Source of the DNA: an uncultured virus (IMG/VR IMGVR_UViG_3300042295_000410)
Lineage: Duplodnaviria > Heunggongvirae > Uroviricota > Caudoviricetes
Length of the DNA: 64,000 bases
Direction: 5' to 3' (one strand)
IMG/VR virus record: IMGVR_UViG_3300042295_000410
This document shows positions 36,785 to 47,839 of this stretch, in pieces. The notes under the pieces are model-generated. The model was not told where the DNA came from, ran no database searches, and saw only the letters and a program-made list of their open reading frames with translations. The first letter of the stretch is position 1. Each line of letters opens with the position of its first letter. A program made the position numbers and the translations under genes.

Positions 36785-39700
36785 GTGACCATTTATTACT
36801 TTCCCTATCCAACAGCTCAACCTGCACCCGCTACTGTAGCAGGTGACAATTACTTCGGTGCTCAAGACGCTTATATCAACCAAAACGGCGCTGCCAGAAC
36901 GGGCGTATTAGGTACTGGGTTGTCTGCTGGTAAGATTACACTGGGCAACTACGATTTAACAAAACCTTACCTGGGCGTAACAGGTTCTAGATTTCCCGGT
37001 CTAGCTTCACCTCCTACTCCGCCTAATATTGTAGCAACGACCTTAGTTCCTACATTGAATTTTACACAAGGCACACTGGCCACCTTTAATCCGGTAAGTG
37101 TGTACGGCGGAAGTGCGATACCAACTGAAATTTTAAATGTTAGTATCAATCCTGCACTGCCTGCTGGACTTGCTATTAAAAAAACTAGAGTTGATCTAAA
37201 TGTCTCTGGCACTGCTCCTACTATATCAGGATCTGGAACTTCGTGGTCTGTAACATATCAATATACTTCTAACGGACAAACTCCTGTTGCTGGAAGTTTT
37301 TACGCAGTAAGAGGACAAACTAAAACCAGCTACAACGGAATATGGGAATGTACTGCTGTTACAGTATCCACAATCACGCTTAGATATAATGCTAATCCTA
37401 GTCTAAGCGGAGGAACATCACCGATAGGACAGGTTGCGTGGAATACAGGTGCAACTGTTAGTATCACTGATGCTACTGTTAAATCGATAACAGCAGCGGA
37501 CACAGTTAATTACTGGTACAACTATCTTGATATTGTTATCGCCGGAACTCCTACAGTAGCATCGCCATCTACTTCATATGTAATGACTTTTACAGATGCT
37601 AGCGGTCAAACAGGCAGTGCAACATTTACATTAGCTGTTGCCGCAGGAGCAACCCAATTGGGTTCTACACTAGACACGGCAAGTAGAACACTTACACAAA
37701 ATTTATCTATTACCGCATTTAAACCAGTTAATGGTACAGGCGGAATTGGAACTTTAACATATTCTATCAATCCTGCATTACCTGCAGGACTAACATTTAA
37801 TACTGCAACAGGATTTATTTCAGGAACACCATCTGTATCTTTTGCACAGAATAATTTTGTTATTACTGTTAGCGACAGTTCTGGTGCTACTAGCAGTAAG
37901 ACTTTTAGTTTAGAAATACTTCCTCCGGCGCTAATTACTGTACAAAATGTTTCTAGTAGAACTCTAATTAGAACTATTGCGTTCACAGCATTTACTCCAG
38001 TAACTGCTAGCGGTGGTATAACGCCTTTAGCATTTTCAATTAGTCCAGCATTGCCTGCTGGGTTAAGTTTTAACACATCAACTGGGGTAGTATCGGGCAC
38101 GGCCACTGAAGCCATTGCAGCTTCGACTTACACTGTATCAGTTACTGACTCTAGTAGTCCTTCACAAGTTAGCAGCAAAACTTTTAGTTTAACAGTTGAA
38201 GCATTACCTGCTCTTAATTCAACACTACTAGTTGCAACTAGTACATTCATTAAAAATACTACCATTACGGCATTTACTCCAGTATCTGCTAGCGGTGGGT
38301 ATTTAACTTTATCTTATGCAATTAGTCCGGCACTACCTGCTGGATTAACATTCAGTACTACAACTGGTCAAATATCTGGTCGTCCTACTGTTACTTCTAC
38401 TCAGACGCAGTATACAGTTACCATAACGGATCAAGCAACACAAACTACATCAAAACAGTTTACTATTCTAGTTGGCCCACCTGTATTATCAACGACACTG
38501 GCGATTTCTTCTAGAACATTGATTCAGAATTCGCAAGTTAGTGCTCCCTTTACACCGGTAACTGCAAGTGGTGGCGAAGGTACACTGACATTTGCAATTA
38601 GTCCTAGCTTGCCCTCAGGATTGTCATTTAATACTGCGACTGGACAAATAACAGGATCTTCTACAGTTGTAAGTGCTAACACCAACAACACTGTTACAGT
38701 AACTGACAGTAATAGTACCCCACAGACTAGCAGCAAAACATTTAGTCTTAAAGTAGACCCTGCACCTATATTGATAATTTCCAGTATTGGTACTAAGACA
38801 CTGGTTCAAAATCTAGCAGACACTCCTTTTATTCCAATAACTGCAACTGGCGGATTTGGTACACTGACATTTGCAATTAATCCAGCACTCCCTACAGGTT
38901 TAAATTTTAACGCAGCAACTGGACAGGTATCAGGCACCGCTACTATTTTCCGTACTGCTACCAATCATACTGTAACAGTCTCAGATCAGGCTACACAGTC
39001 TGCTAGCGAGAGTTTTAGTTTAACAGTTGAAACGCCTCCATTACAAGCACAACAATCTGTTGCAGGTTCGACACTGATTAGAACTGTACCAATTTCAGCA
39101 TTTACACCAGTGACTGCTACAGGCGGGTCTTTAATTTATTCTTACGGCGTAGCACCAAATTTGTCTGCAGGGCTAGCATTTAGCACTTCAACTGGACAGA
39201 TCACTGGAACCCCTACAGTTGTATCAACAGAAACAACTTATACAGTTACTGTTACAGACAGTTTAAGTCAAACAGCCAGCAACACATTTAAAATAACAGT
39301 AAATGAGCCGCCACCATTAACTACCACTTTGGTTATATCGTCTGCTACATTTAACAGAGTAACCGACACAATCAGCATAGTCCCGGTAAGCGCATCCGGC
39401 GGCTTTGGTTCAATAAGTTTTGCTATTAGCCCAAGTTTGCCCGCAGGATTAAGTTTTAACAGTGGCAACGGTAGAATCAGCGGTGTTGCCACAGTATTAG
39501 TTAACCAAACTTATACTATTACGGCAAATGATTCTATTGCACAAGTCAGTAGTAAACAATTTAATTTAACGTTGAACAATCCACCTGTTACTGCAACAAC
39601 GGTGATTGCTTCAACTACTGCAACAAGAACAAAAGAAACAACAGCATTTAAACCAGTGAACGGCGCTGGAGGTATTGCTCCTTTGGTTTACAGCATAAGC

Positions 39701-41407
39701 CCTTCATTACCTGCAACAATGACATTAAATGTCAACACTGGACTCGTTGGCGGTAAACCTAATTCTTTGTTGACAGCTACATCTTTTACTGTTATTGTGT
39801 CTGACAGTGTAGGGTCTTCAAATTCTTCCACATTCTTGTTAACTGTAATAGATCCTCCGCCAGTTAACACTGTGTTGAGTACTGCGTCAGTTGAGCTAGT
39901 TATAAGTCAAACGATCACACCCGTTATTCCAGTTACTGCCACAGGCGGCGATGGTACACTAGTATTTTCTATCAGCCCGAGTTTGCCAACTGGTTTACAA
40001 TTTGCCAGCAGCACAGGAAGAATAACAGGAACACCTGTTGCACTATTAACTTCTACTAATTTTACTGTTACAGTAACTGATAGTTTATCGCAAACCAGCA
40101 GTAACACTTTTAGTCTATCTGTAATCGCACAACCGTTAGTTGCCGTAGTTAATAATCCAACTATTGTATTGACAGAGTATGTTCAAATTACAGCAGTCAG
40201 CCCTGTCACTGCTACAGGCGGCACTGGATCTAAAACATATAGCATTAGTCCTTCGCTTCCTATCGGATTGACATTTAACACCGCCAGCGGACAAATTACA
40301 GGAACCCCTACTACTGAATCCTCAGCAACTTATACAGTAACTGCATTGGACAGTGTGGGCATAACTGCGTCGGCTAACTTTAACTTAGTAGTAAATGATG
40401 CTGTTCCTCCGTCGTTAGTTGCTGCACCGCAAAACAGCGATGTTGCTTTAGAATTAAACGCTGAAACAGAATTTCAGCCAGTGATCGTGTCCGGGGGCTT
40501 TGGTGCAGTTACTTATTCTATCAGTCCTAATCTTCCTGCAGGTCTAAGTTTCAACACTGCTACAGGATTTATCACTGGTATTCCTACTGTACTGACGAAT
40601 TCTGCTGCTTTTACTGTGACAGTGCAAGACACAGTTCCACAAACAGCATCAGCAACGTTTAATTTAATTGTTGTGTTTACACCTGTTGCCGGCGGCAAGG
40701 GCTTTACGGGTAGTAAAGGTTATACAGGCAGTATTGGATTTACAGGTAGTCAAGGCATTACAGGTTTCACTGGTAGTCAGGGTATTGCCGGCGATTTAGG
40801 TTACACAGGTAGTCAAGGAGTTGGATTTACAGGTAGTCGAGGCGAATCTGGATTTGTGGGATCAGTTGGATACACTGGCAGTATTGGATTTACTGGTAGC
40901 CAAGGAGCTGGATTTACAGGTAGTCAAGGTGAAACTGGATTTGTGGGATCAGTTGGATACACCGGCAGTCAAGGAACCGGATTCACAGGTAGTCAAGGTG
41001 AAACTGGATTTGTGGGATCAGTTGGATTTATTGGCAGTATTGGATACACCGGCAGTCAAGGATCTGGATTTACCGGTAGTCAAGGTGAAACTGGATTTAC
41101 CGGAAGTAAGGGCGATCTAGGATACACTGGTAGCCAAGGTATCCCGGGTGAATATGCTGCTGTTGGTTACACTGGTAGCGCCGGATCAGGATCTTCTATT
41201 AAAATTGTCGATCAAACAACTACTATAACTAACACCGTTACAAGTATCACATTCTTAGGGGACGGAGTGTCTGCTGTGTCAAGTGGCACAGGAGCCGTCG
41301 TAGTTACTATATCGGGTGGCAGCGGCGCATCCGGTAATTACGATGGCGGGACTCCGGACTCAAATCATGTGGGCATTACTGCCTTAGATGCAGGCTACAT
41401 TGTTTAG
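36785..41407 (+). CDS. large fibre protein with ~11 putative-Ig (He_PIG) repeats and a collagen tail
   Basis: Repeated GG...Y.ISPALPAGL.FNT.TG.ISGTP units; GTG start 7 nt after TAAATA. Confidence 0.85.
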   Translation: MTIYYFPYPTAQPAPATVAGDNYFGAQDAYINQNGAARTGVLGTGLSAGKITLGNYDLTKPYLGVTGSRFPGLASPPTPPNIVATTLVPTLNFTQGTLATFNPVSVYGGSAIPTEILNVSINPALPAGLAIKKTRVDLNVSGTAPTISGSGTSWSVTYQYTSNGQTPVAGSFYAVRGQTKTSYNGIWECTAVTVSTITLRYNANPSLSGGTSPIGQVAWNTGATVSITDATVKSITAADTVNYWYNYLDIVIAGTPTVASPSTSYVMTFTDASGQTGSATFTLAVAAGATQLGSTLDTASRTLTQNLSITAFKPVNGTGGIGTLTYSINPALPAGLTFNTATGFISGTPSVSFAQNNFVITVSDSSGATSSKTFSLEILPPALITVQNVSSRTLIRTIAFTAFTPVTASGGITPLAFSISPALPAGLSFNTSTGVVSGTATEAIAASTYTVSVTDSSSPSQVSSKTFSLTVEALPALNSTLLVATSTFIKNTTITAFTPVSASGGYLTLSYAISPALPAGLTFSTTTGQISGRPTVTSTQTQYTVTITDQATQTTSKQFTILVGPPVLSTTLAISSRTLIQNSQVSAPFTPVTASGGEGTLTFAISPSLPSGLSFNTATGQITGSSTVVSANTNNTVTVTDSNSTPQTSSKTFSLKVDPAPILIISSIGTKTLVQNLADTPFIPITATGGFGTLTFAINPALPTGLNFNAATGQVSGTATIFRTATNHTVTVSDQATQSASESFSLTVETPPLQAQQSVAGSTLIRTVPISAFTPVTATGGSLIYSYGVAPNLSAGLAFSTSTGQITGTPTVVSTETTYTVTVTDSLSQTASNTFKITVNEPPPLTTTLVISSATFNRVTDTISIVPVSASGGFGSISFAISPSLPAGLSFNSGNGRISGVATVLVNQTYTITANDSIAQVSSKQFNLTLNNPPVTATTVIASTTATRTKETTAFKPVNGAGGIAPLVYSISPSLPATMTLNVNTGLVGGKPNSLLTATSFTVIVSDSVGSSNSSTFLLTVIDPPPVNTVLSTASVELVISQTITPVIPVTATGGDGTLVFSISPSLPTGLQFASSTGRITGTPVALLTSTNFTVTVTDSLSQTSSNTFSLSVIAQPLVAVVNNPTIVLTEYVQITAVSPVTATGGTGSKTYSISPSLPIGLTFNTASGQITGTPTTESSATYTVTALDSVGITASANFNLVVNDAVPPSLVAAPQNSDVALELNAETEFQPVIVSGGFGAVTYSISPNLPAGLSFNTATGFITGIPTVLTNSAAFTVTVQDTVPQTASATFNLIVVFTPVAGGKGFTGSKGYTGSIGFTGSQGITGFTGSQGIAGDLGYTGSQGVGFTGSRGESGFVGSVGYTGSIGFTGSQGAGFTGSQGETGFVGSVGYTGSQGTGFTGSQGETGFVGSVGFIGSIGYTGSQGSGFTGSQGETGFTGSKGDLGYTGSQGIPGEYAAVGYTGSAGSGSSIKIVDQTTTITNTVTSITFLGDGVSAVSSGTGAVVVTISGGSGASGNYDGGTPDSNHVGITALDAGYIV

Positions 41408-41439
41408 AATAAATATCCTGTCAACTGGAATATATAAAA

Positions 41440-43683
41440 ATGGCAATACAGATTCAATTTAAAAGGGGGACAGCAGCGGAATGGGCTAGCGTTAACCCTG
41501 CCCTAGCTGTAGCCGAAATGGGTATAGAAACAGATACTGATCTGTTTAAAATAGGTAACGGCCAGGACAACTGGCTAGATTTAGACTACGGCGGGATTCG
41601 CGGCTATACAGGTAGTGTAGGTTATGCAGGTAGCGTGGGCAACATTGCAGTCGATAATGTTCTGTATGTTAGTGAAAGCGGCAACGATGCAAATTCTGGA
41701 ACTGCACTAAATTTAAGCAAAAGAACTATCAAAGCAGCGTTAGCTATTGCTACTCGCGGTACTACAGTTTTTGTCAAGAGCGGGGACTACACTGAAGCAA
41801 ATCCTATCACAGTACCAGATTTTGTATCTGTAATTGGTGATAATTTAAGATCTGTTACAGTTCGTCCACAAACTCCCACTAACGACTTATTCTACGTAAA
41901 CAATGGATCTTACCTAGCACACATGACATTTAAGGATCATGTAAGCCCCTCCGCAGCAGTGGCATTTGATCCGGACGGTAGTGCAGGTGTTATATCTACT
42001 AGTCCATATGTGCAAAACTGCACCAGTATGACCAGCAGCGGTACTGGTATGCGTGTTGACGGGGATCATGCACTGGGTACAAAGAGTATGATGGTTGATG
42101 CGTTCACGCAGTATAACCAGGGCGGCATCGGCATACATATGTTAAACAGTGGATATGCATCTTTAGTGTCAGTGTTTACCATTTGCTGCGATGTGGGATT
42201 TTTGTGTGAAACAGGCGGATTCTGTTCTATTACCAACAGTAACAGCAGTTTCGGTAACTATGCATTAAAAGCAGTAGGAGTAAGTCCCGCAAAATACACA
42301 GGCAAGGTAGTCAGCACATCTAGTGGTAGAACAATTACTATTGATAATTTAAGTATTAAACCATCCGTGGGAGATGCTATCAGTTTCGGTACTAGTACAT
42401 ACTATACCATTGTCAGTGCAACTGCATTTAAAACGGGCAACACAGACATTGTCTATCCTATATTAACAGCAGAAGATGCAGGTTTAAGAAATTCTAGACA
42501 AGTTATACTCAACGAAAAGCCAAAATTACAGGTGATGACTATTAATCATGTTCTTGAAACATTTCCAGGATTTGATTTTAATCAATTCAAGTGCAGTAGA
42601 GACGTAGGTGACATTTTAAATGCTGTGGCATACGACATGGTGTTAAACACTAACTATCAAACTGTGAAAGCAGGCACGAGTTATTATAGAGCAGCAAGTT
42701 TAGTAGTCGTAGAAGATCAATTAACTGAAACATTAAGTGCTATCAGTTTCTTAAAAACCAAGACACTGGCTTTATTAACTCCGGCAACTACTGCCTATAC
42801 ACGCACATCTAATCTGTTTGATATATTATTAAACATATTAGAGAATGGCGAATCGGCAGCGCCTGCACTGGCTTATAATACACCAACAGGTGCAAGTACT
42901 TCTACTGTTAATGCAGTTACTTTACTTCAGTCTAATAGAGCATTCATTGCAGAAGAAACTATAGCCTATATTGCTGATGAATATCCTTCTCTTGTCTACA
43001 ATACAGGCACCTGCAAGAGAGATGTAGGATATATTATAGATGCAGTAAGTTACGATGTATTATACGGGGGCAATAGTCAGACTGCCGATGCTGCCGATTC
43101 CTACTACGACGGAGCAGTGTTTAGAATACCATTAGAAGAAAAACCTGCTACTATTGCAGCATATGATTTTATCAGTACAATTGTAGATGATTGTATATTA
43201 GCAACAGCCGTTACTCCATTGCAGTCTAGTGTAGTGCAGAATACTAGTACCACAGCAGGAACATCTACTGAATCAGCAAGAGCACAGGCATTAGTAGCAA
43301 TCGTATCTAACATATTAGAAAACGCTTACTCGAGCACAGTTACCTTACAGTCGTCAGTTAGTCCGGCTGTTGCGGACAACACTGTGGTATCATTCCATCA
43401 ATACAGTCAAATACAGAGTTCGGCACACAACTTTGAATGGATTGGTGCAGGTATAAACATCAATTCGGCCTTGCCCTATCTAGGCGGTGAACCCAACAGT
43501 GATAATCAAGCAGTGGCATTAGATGGGGGGAAAGTCTACTATACCGGTACAGACCAGCAGGGAGATTTCCGTATTGGTAATGACCTGGTTATAAATAACA
43601 GCATAGGAACAATATCTGGTAGAACATTTACCAAGAGTCTGTTCGCAGTAATGACGCCATATATACTGGCAATAGGATCCTAA
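41440..43683 (+). CDS. tail fibre or spike with Mtd/hyaluronidase-type N-terminal domain and pectin-lyase-like region
   Basis: IQFKRGTAAEW..VNP.LA..EMG.ETDT..FKIGNG; YVS..GND.N.G; SPYVQNCTS. Confidence 0.8.
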   Translation: MAIQIQFKRGTAAEWASVNPALAVAEMGIETDTDLFKIGNGQDNWLDLDYGGIRGYTGSVGYAGSVGNIAVDNVLYVSESGNDANSGTALNLSKRTIKAALAIATRGTTVFVKSGDYTEANPITVPDFVSVIGDNLRSVTVRPQTPTNDLFYVNNGSYLAHMTFKDHVSPSAAVAFDPDGSAGVISTSPYVQNCTSMTSSGTGMRVDGDHALGTKSMMVDAFTQYNQGGIGIHMLNSGYASLVSVFTICCDVGFLCETGGFCSITNSNSSFGNYALKAVGVSPAKYTGKVVSTSSGRTITIDNLSIKPSVGDAISFGTSTYYTIVSATAFKTGNTDIVYPILTAEDAGLRNSRQVILNEKPKLQVMTINHVLETFPGFDFNQFKCSRDVGDILNAVAYDMVLNTNYQTVKAGTSYYRAASLVVVEDQLTETLSAISFLKTKTLALLTPATTAYTRTSNLFDILLNILENGESAAPALAYNTPTGASTSTVNAVTLLQSNRAFIAEETIAYIADEYPSLVYNTGTCKRDVGYIIDAVSYDVLYGGNSQTADAADSYYDGAVFRIPLEEKPATIAAYDFISTIVDDCILATAVTPLQSSVVQNTSTTAGTSTESARAQALVAIVSNILENAYSSTVTLQSSVSPAVADNTVVSFHQYSQIQSSAHNFEWIGAGININSALPYLGGEPNSDNQAVALDGGKVYYTGTDQQGDFRIGNDLVINNSIGTISGRTFTKSLFAVMTPYILAIGS

Positions 43684-43686
43684 AAA

Positions 43687-44022
43687 ATGGCAACGCTACC
43701 CTTAAATTCGTTTAAAACTATGGCATTCGAGTTAACAACATCGACGCAGACAATATATGAAACGCCGGCTGATATTACTACCATCGTACTAGGCGCTCAG
43801 GCAAACAACATAGGTAATGACCCAGTTACTGTTAGATTTACCTTGATTAAAAATGATACAAATTTTGTCATGTTAAAAGATTTTGAAATCCCTGTTAATG
43901 ATGCGGCTGAAGTAACTACAGGTAAATTGGTAATCGAAACAGGTTCATCTGTTACTGCCAGCGCCGGTGCCAATAACAGTGTAAATTTAATTCTAAGTAT
44001 TCTAGAAACAAGCAATGAGTAA
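43687..44022 (+). CDS. small virion adaptor-type protein
   Basis: Resembles the 46065 and 47840 proteins (..L..GD/S.V......SILE). Confidence 0.7.
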   Translation: MATLPLNSFKTMAFELTTSTQTIYETPADITTIVLGAQANNIGNDPVTVRFTLIKNDTNFVMLKDFEIPVNDAAEVTTGKLVIETGSSVTASAGANNSVNLILSILETSNE

Positions 44023-46063
44023 GAGCAGACTCTTCAGCGGTAAGATAAAAAAGTTAAGCGGAGGGCAACTCTCCGTTGATCGCTACGAATATTTAGATGT
44101 AAGTCAAGCGGAACCTGACTTGGGTCTACCCAACGATGACAATTCTGTATTATTAGGTAGTATCGATGGTTTAAGATATTGGTCACAAACATTAACTAAT
44201 CTAACTTTAGATTTTGTTACAATAACTACAGGAACTGTAAGCGGTATCCTATCAATAGTCAATGACACAGAATCTACTAGCACTACAACGGGTGCATTGG
44301 TTATTTCTGGCGGCCTAGGAGTCGGTGGCAATATATACTTTGGCGGTGACCTATATCAGAATGGAACGTTATTCACTAGTGGAATAAATGCCAATTCTAC
44401 TATAACTGCTGCCAGCATAGTGTTGACAACTGCAACACAGTCAACATCAACTGTTACGGGCTCATTAGTAGTAGCAGGCGGAGTGGGCATCGGCGGAAAC
44501 CTATATGTAGGTGGTGAGATTGTTGCTGAAAAGTTAACAATACAGCTGACTACAATTACTACAACATCTATTGTCACTGATGATGTATTCACAGTGGACA
44601 ATGATACTAACTCCGTATCAACAGAAACTGGTGCGTTAGTAGTTGCCGGTGGCGCGGGCATTGGTAAGGATCTACAAATTGCCGGAGAGATATTCAGAAA
44701 TGGAATCAGTGTAGGCTACGGATATACTGGATCTAGAGGCTATGACGGATCACAAGGGTATACTGGTAGTCAAGGCGATACGGGATATACAGGTAGCCAA
44801 GGAGACCCGGGTACAGACGGTACTAATGGCTCAGATGGCGCTGATGGTTATACTGGCAGTCAGGGAGATATTGGCTATACTGGTAGTCAGGGATTTACTG
44901 GTAGTCAGGGATTTACTGGTAGTCAGGGGTTCACTGGTAGTCAAGGTTATACAGGTAGTCAAGGAGATATTGGCTATACCGGAAGTCAAGGATTTACTGG
45001 TAGTCAAGGTTATACAGGTAGTCAAGGAGATATTGGCTATACCGGAAGTCAAGGATTTACTGGCAGTGTTGGATTTGTGGGTAGTCAAGGAGATATTGGC
45101 TATACCGGGAGTCAAGGATTTACTGGCAGTGTTGGATTTGTGGGTAGTCAAGGAGATATTGGCTATACCGGAAGTCAAGGATTTACTGGCAGTCAAGGTT
45201 ATACAGGTAGTCAAGGAGATATTGGCTATACTGGATCACAAGGAGTCGGATTCACTGGTTCGGCAAGCACTGTTATTGGATATACTGGTAGTCAAGGATA
45301 TACTGGTAGTCAAGGAAATGACGGAACTTCTGTGGCTATCGTTGGGTCTACTTCTACTTACACTGCGTTACCTGATCCTTATTCAGGCAATATAGGCGAC
45401 GGATACATTACAACAGACAATGGATATCTTAATGTTTGGACTGGTTCAACATGGAATGCAGTTGGCAGCATTGTTGGGCCGCAGGGGGATATTGGCTATA
45501 CCGGTAGTCAGGGATTTACTGGCAGTGTTGGATTTGTGGGAAGTCAAGGATTCACTGGTAGTCAGGGAGTTGGATTCACTGGTAGTCAAGGTATTAATGG
45601 ATATGACGGAAGTCAAGGATTCACTGGTAGTCAGGGAGTTGGATTCACTGGTAGTCAAGGTATTAATGGATATGACGGAAGTCAAGGATTCACTGGTAGT
45701 CAGGGAGTTGGATTCACTGGTAGTCAAGGTATTAATGGATTTGTGGGTAGTCAAGGATTCACTGGTAGTCAGGGAGTTGGATTCACTGGTAGTCAAGGAG
45801 TCGGATTCACTGGTAGTCGAGGAGCAGTAGTAGCAACAATATCTGCGACGCCACCAGTCACACCATCATTAGGTGATGTTTGGATTGATACTGACACGGG
45901 CATACAATATTTTTATATAGATGACGGCAATTCTACTCAGTGGGTAGAGTTCAGTAATCCAGGTACTCTTGGATTTACTGGAAGTGTAGGGACAGGCAGC
46001 GGGGGCGGCTTAACCGCTTCACAAGTTTATGGACTAGGCACAGTGTTTAGTTTTGGAGGATAA
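44015..46063 (+). CDS. collagen-like tail fibre protein
   Basis: GALVVAGGVGIGGNL repeats; G[FY]TGSQ collagen; GDVWIDTDTG..Y.YIDDG.S.QWVE. Confidence 0.85.
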   Translation: MSKSRLFSGKIKKLSGGQLSVDRYEYLDVSQAEPDLGLPNDDNSVLLGSIDGLRYWSQTLTNLTLDFVTITTGTVSGILSIVNDTESTSTTTGALVISGGLGVGGNIYFGGDLYQNGTLFTSGINANSTITAASIVLTTATQSTSTVTGSLVVAGGVGIGGNLYVGGEIVAEKLTIQLTTITTTSIVTDDVFTVDNDTNSVSTETGALVVAGGAGIGKDLQIAGEIFRNGISVGYGYTGSRGYDGSQGYTGSQGDTGYTGSQGDPGTDGTNGSDGADGYTGSQGDIGYTGSQGFTGSQGFTGSQGFTGSQGYTGSQGDIGYTGSQGFTGSQGYTGSQGDIGYTGSQGFTGSVGFVGSQGDIGYTGSQGFTGSVGFVGSQGDIGYTGSQGFTGSQGYTGSQGDIGYTGSQGVGFTGSASTVIGYTGSQGYTGSQGNDGTSVAIVGSTSTYTALPDPYSGNIGDGYITTDNGYLNVWTGSTWNAVGSIVGPQGDIGYTGSQGFTGSVGFVGSQGFTGSQGVGFTGSQGINGYDGSQGFTGSQGVGFTGSQGINGYDGSQGFTGSQGVGFTGSQGINGFVGSQGFTGSQGVGFTGSQGVGFTGSRGAVVATISATPPVTPSLGDVWIDTDTGIQYFYIDDGNSTQWVEFSNPGTLGFTGSVGTGSGGGLTASQVYGLGTVFSFGG

Positions 46064-46064
46064 C

Positions 46065-46418
46065 ATGGCAACACCAAATTTATTAAGTTTAACAACAATT
46101 ACACCAAAAACCGCAGTTCAATCAATAACAACTGCCGCAACTGCTATTGTTACCAACAGCACTGCCAGCAACACTGTGTTGAAAATCAGCGCATTATACA
46201 TTAGTAATGTGGATGGTACAAATAATGAATCCGTCACTGTAGATGTGTTTAGAAGCAGTGTTGCATATCACATTGCCAAAACTGTAGTTGTACCTGCTGA
46301 TGCAACACTAGATGTAATTAATAAATCAATTTATCTAGAAGAAGGTGATACATTGAGATTGACTGCTGGGGTCAATTCTCGTCTACAGGCAGTGTGCTCA
46401 TATGAGGAAATTCAGTAA
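46065..46418 (+). CDS. small virion adaptor-type protein (MATPN...SYEEI)
   Basis: GGAGG SD inside the upstream FGG codons; start revised. Confidence 0.8.
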   Translation: MATPNLLSLTTITPKTAVQSITTAATAIVTNSTASNTVLKISALYISNVDGTNNESVTVDVFRSSVAYHIAKTVVVPADATLDVINKSIYLEEGDTLRLTAGVNSRLQAVCSYEEIQ

Positions 46419-47332
46419 TGGGCAGGAATAATGGCGGCCTTATAGGTTCGTTGAATACACCAGATCCTCTGCTAGGATCTTCAGGTATATGGTCTATTAG
46501 TGAACAACAGCAAAACTTTAATAGATGGCCACCGGGGTTTATCGTATCTGAAGTTGAATATCTAGTTGTTGCTGGCGGCGGCGGCGGCAGCAATTATGGT
46601 GGTGGTGGCGCAGGAGGATTTAGAACCGGAACTTTAAGTATTGCAAGTCAAGTAAGTTATACAATAACAGTAGGTGCAGGAGGTAGTGGCGGCACTACTG
46701 CTGCAAGCGGAGTGAACTCTGTGTTTTCTTCTATAACTTCTACCGGTGGAGGTAGAGGTGGTGTTAGCAATGCCGGAGCAGGTGCTGCGGGTGGTTCAGG
46801 AGGAGGTGGCTCCTATACTAGTGGAGCTGCCGGCGACGGTAATACCCCGTCTACAACTCCGTCTCAAGGTAGTAATGGTGGACAAGGAGGTCCCGGTAGC
46901 CCACAGTTTTCAGCTGGTGGTGGTGGTGGAGCAGGTGGTACTGGATTTGCCGGCAATACTACTGGCGGCGGCGCTGGCGGCGCAGGAACATCATCGGCTA
47001 TTTCAGGAAATGCCGTAACCTATGCAGGCGGCGGAGGCGGCGGACATTTTGCTGGAACGGCTGGCTTTTTTCCTGCAGGAGGCGCTGGCGGTGGTGGCCA
47101 AGGTGGTAGAGCTAGCGGCGGGTTTGCCCCGGGAACTTCTAATACAGGTGGTGGCGGCGGTGGCGCCGGCAACACTACCAGTGCTGGCGGTGGTGGTGGA
47201 TCTGGCATTGTCATCATTCGCTATCCAGACAGATTCAATGCAGCATCAGCCACAACAGGAAGCCCTACAATTACCACAGTTGGTGGATTTAGAATCTATA
47301 CCTTCACCGGGTCCGGTAGCATAACATTCTAA
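46418..47332 (+). CDS. glycine-rich tail fibre tip protein
   Basis: YLVVAGGGGG...GSGIVIIRY...YTFTGSGSITF. Confidence 0.85.
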   Translation: MGRNNGGLIGSLNTPDPLLGSSGIWSISEQQQNFNRWPPGFIVSEVEYLVVAGGGGGSNYGGGGAGGFRTGTLSIASQVSYTITVGAGGSGGTTAASGVNSVFSSITSTGGGRGGVSNAGAGAAGGSGGGGSYTSGAAGDGNTPSTTPSQGSNGGQGGPGSPQFSAGGGGGAGGTGFAGNTTGGGAGGAGTSSAISGNAVTYAGGGGGGHFAGTAGFFPAGGAGGGGQGGRASGGFAPGTSNTGGGGGGAGNTTSAGGGGGSGIVIIRYPDRFNAASATTGSPTITTVGGFRIYTFTGSGSITF

Positions 47333-47376
47333 AAAGTAACAATCAGTTATCAAACAACAGATAAGTATACAATATT

Positions 47377-47838
47377 ATGTCATTAAATTTTCCATCATCA
47401 CCGGCCCTCGACGCTCTCTATACTCTAGGAACTAGAACATGGAAGTTTAATGGCGAGGGCTGGGAAGTTGTTCCACCCCAGGGAGAATTGGGATATACTG
47501 GTTCAAAGGGTGATATTGGATATACAGGTAGTCAAGGCAGCAGCGCATCAATAAATTTTGTAACTAGAAATTACACAGGTAATGGTAGTAATACAACCTT
47601 TACCATTACGAACGGATTGACTGTAAACAGTGTGTTTGTATTTGAAAACGGTATTATGCAGTTTCCCACAACTGATTATACTGTTAGTGGCACAAACTTA
47701 ATATTTGTCACAGCACCTACAACAAATATGGCCATACAGATAAGAGAAATAATCATTAGTGGCTCTGGTGGCTCTGGTGGATCCGGCGGAACTAGCAACG
47801 CAGCAATAGCAGGATACAATTTAGTCTTTGGAGGATAA
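47377..47838 (+). CDS. short fibre or adaptor protein
   Basis: LNFPSSP...W.FNG.GW; GNGS.TTF...NGI.Q.P..DYTVSG..L.F..AP. Confidence 0.8.
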   Translation: MSLNFPSSPALDALYTLGTRTWKFNGEGWEVVPPQGELGYTGSKGDIGYTGSQGSSASINFVTRNYTGNGSNTTFTITNGLTVNSVFVFENGIMQFPTTDYTVSGTNLIFVTAPTTNMAIQIREIIISGSGGSGGSGGTSNAAIAGYNLVFGG

Positions 47839-47839
47839 T

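Noticed and set aside
30671..45830. Alternative-frame and antisense ORFs over collagen and Ig repeats (e.g. 44742-45395, 37606-38115)
   Set aside because: By-products of periodic codon repeats; no independent start signals
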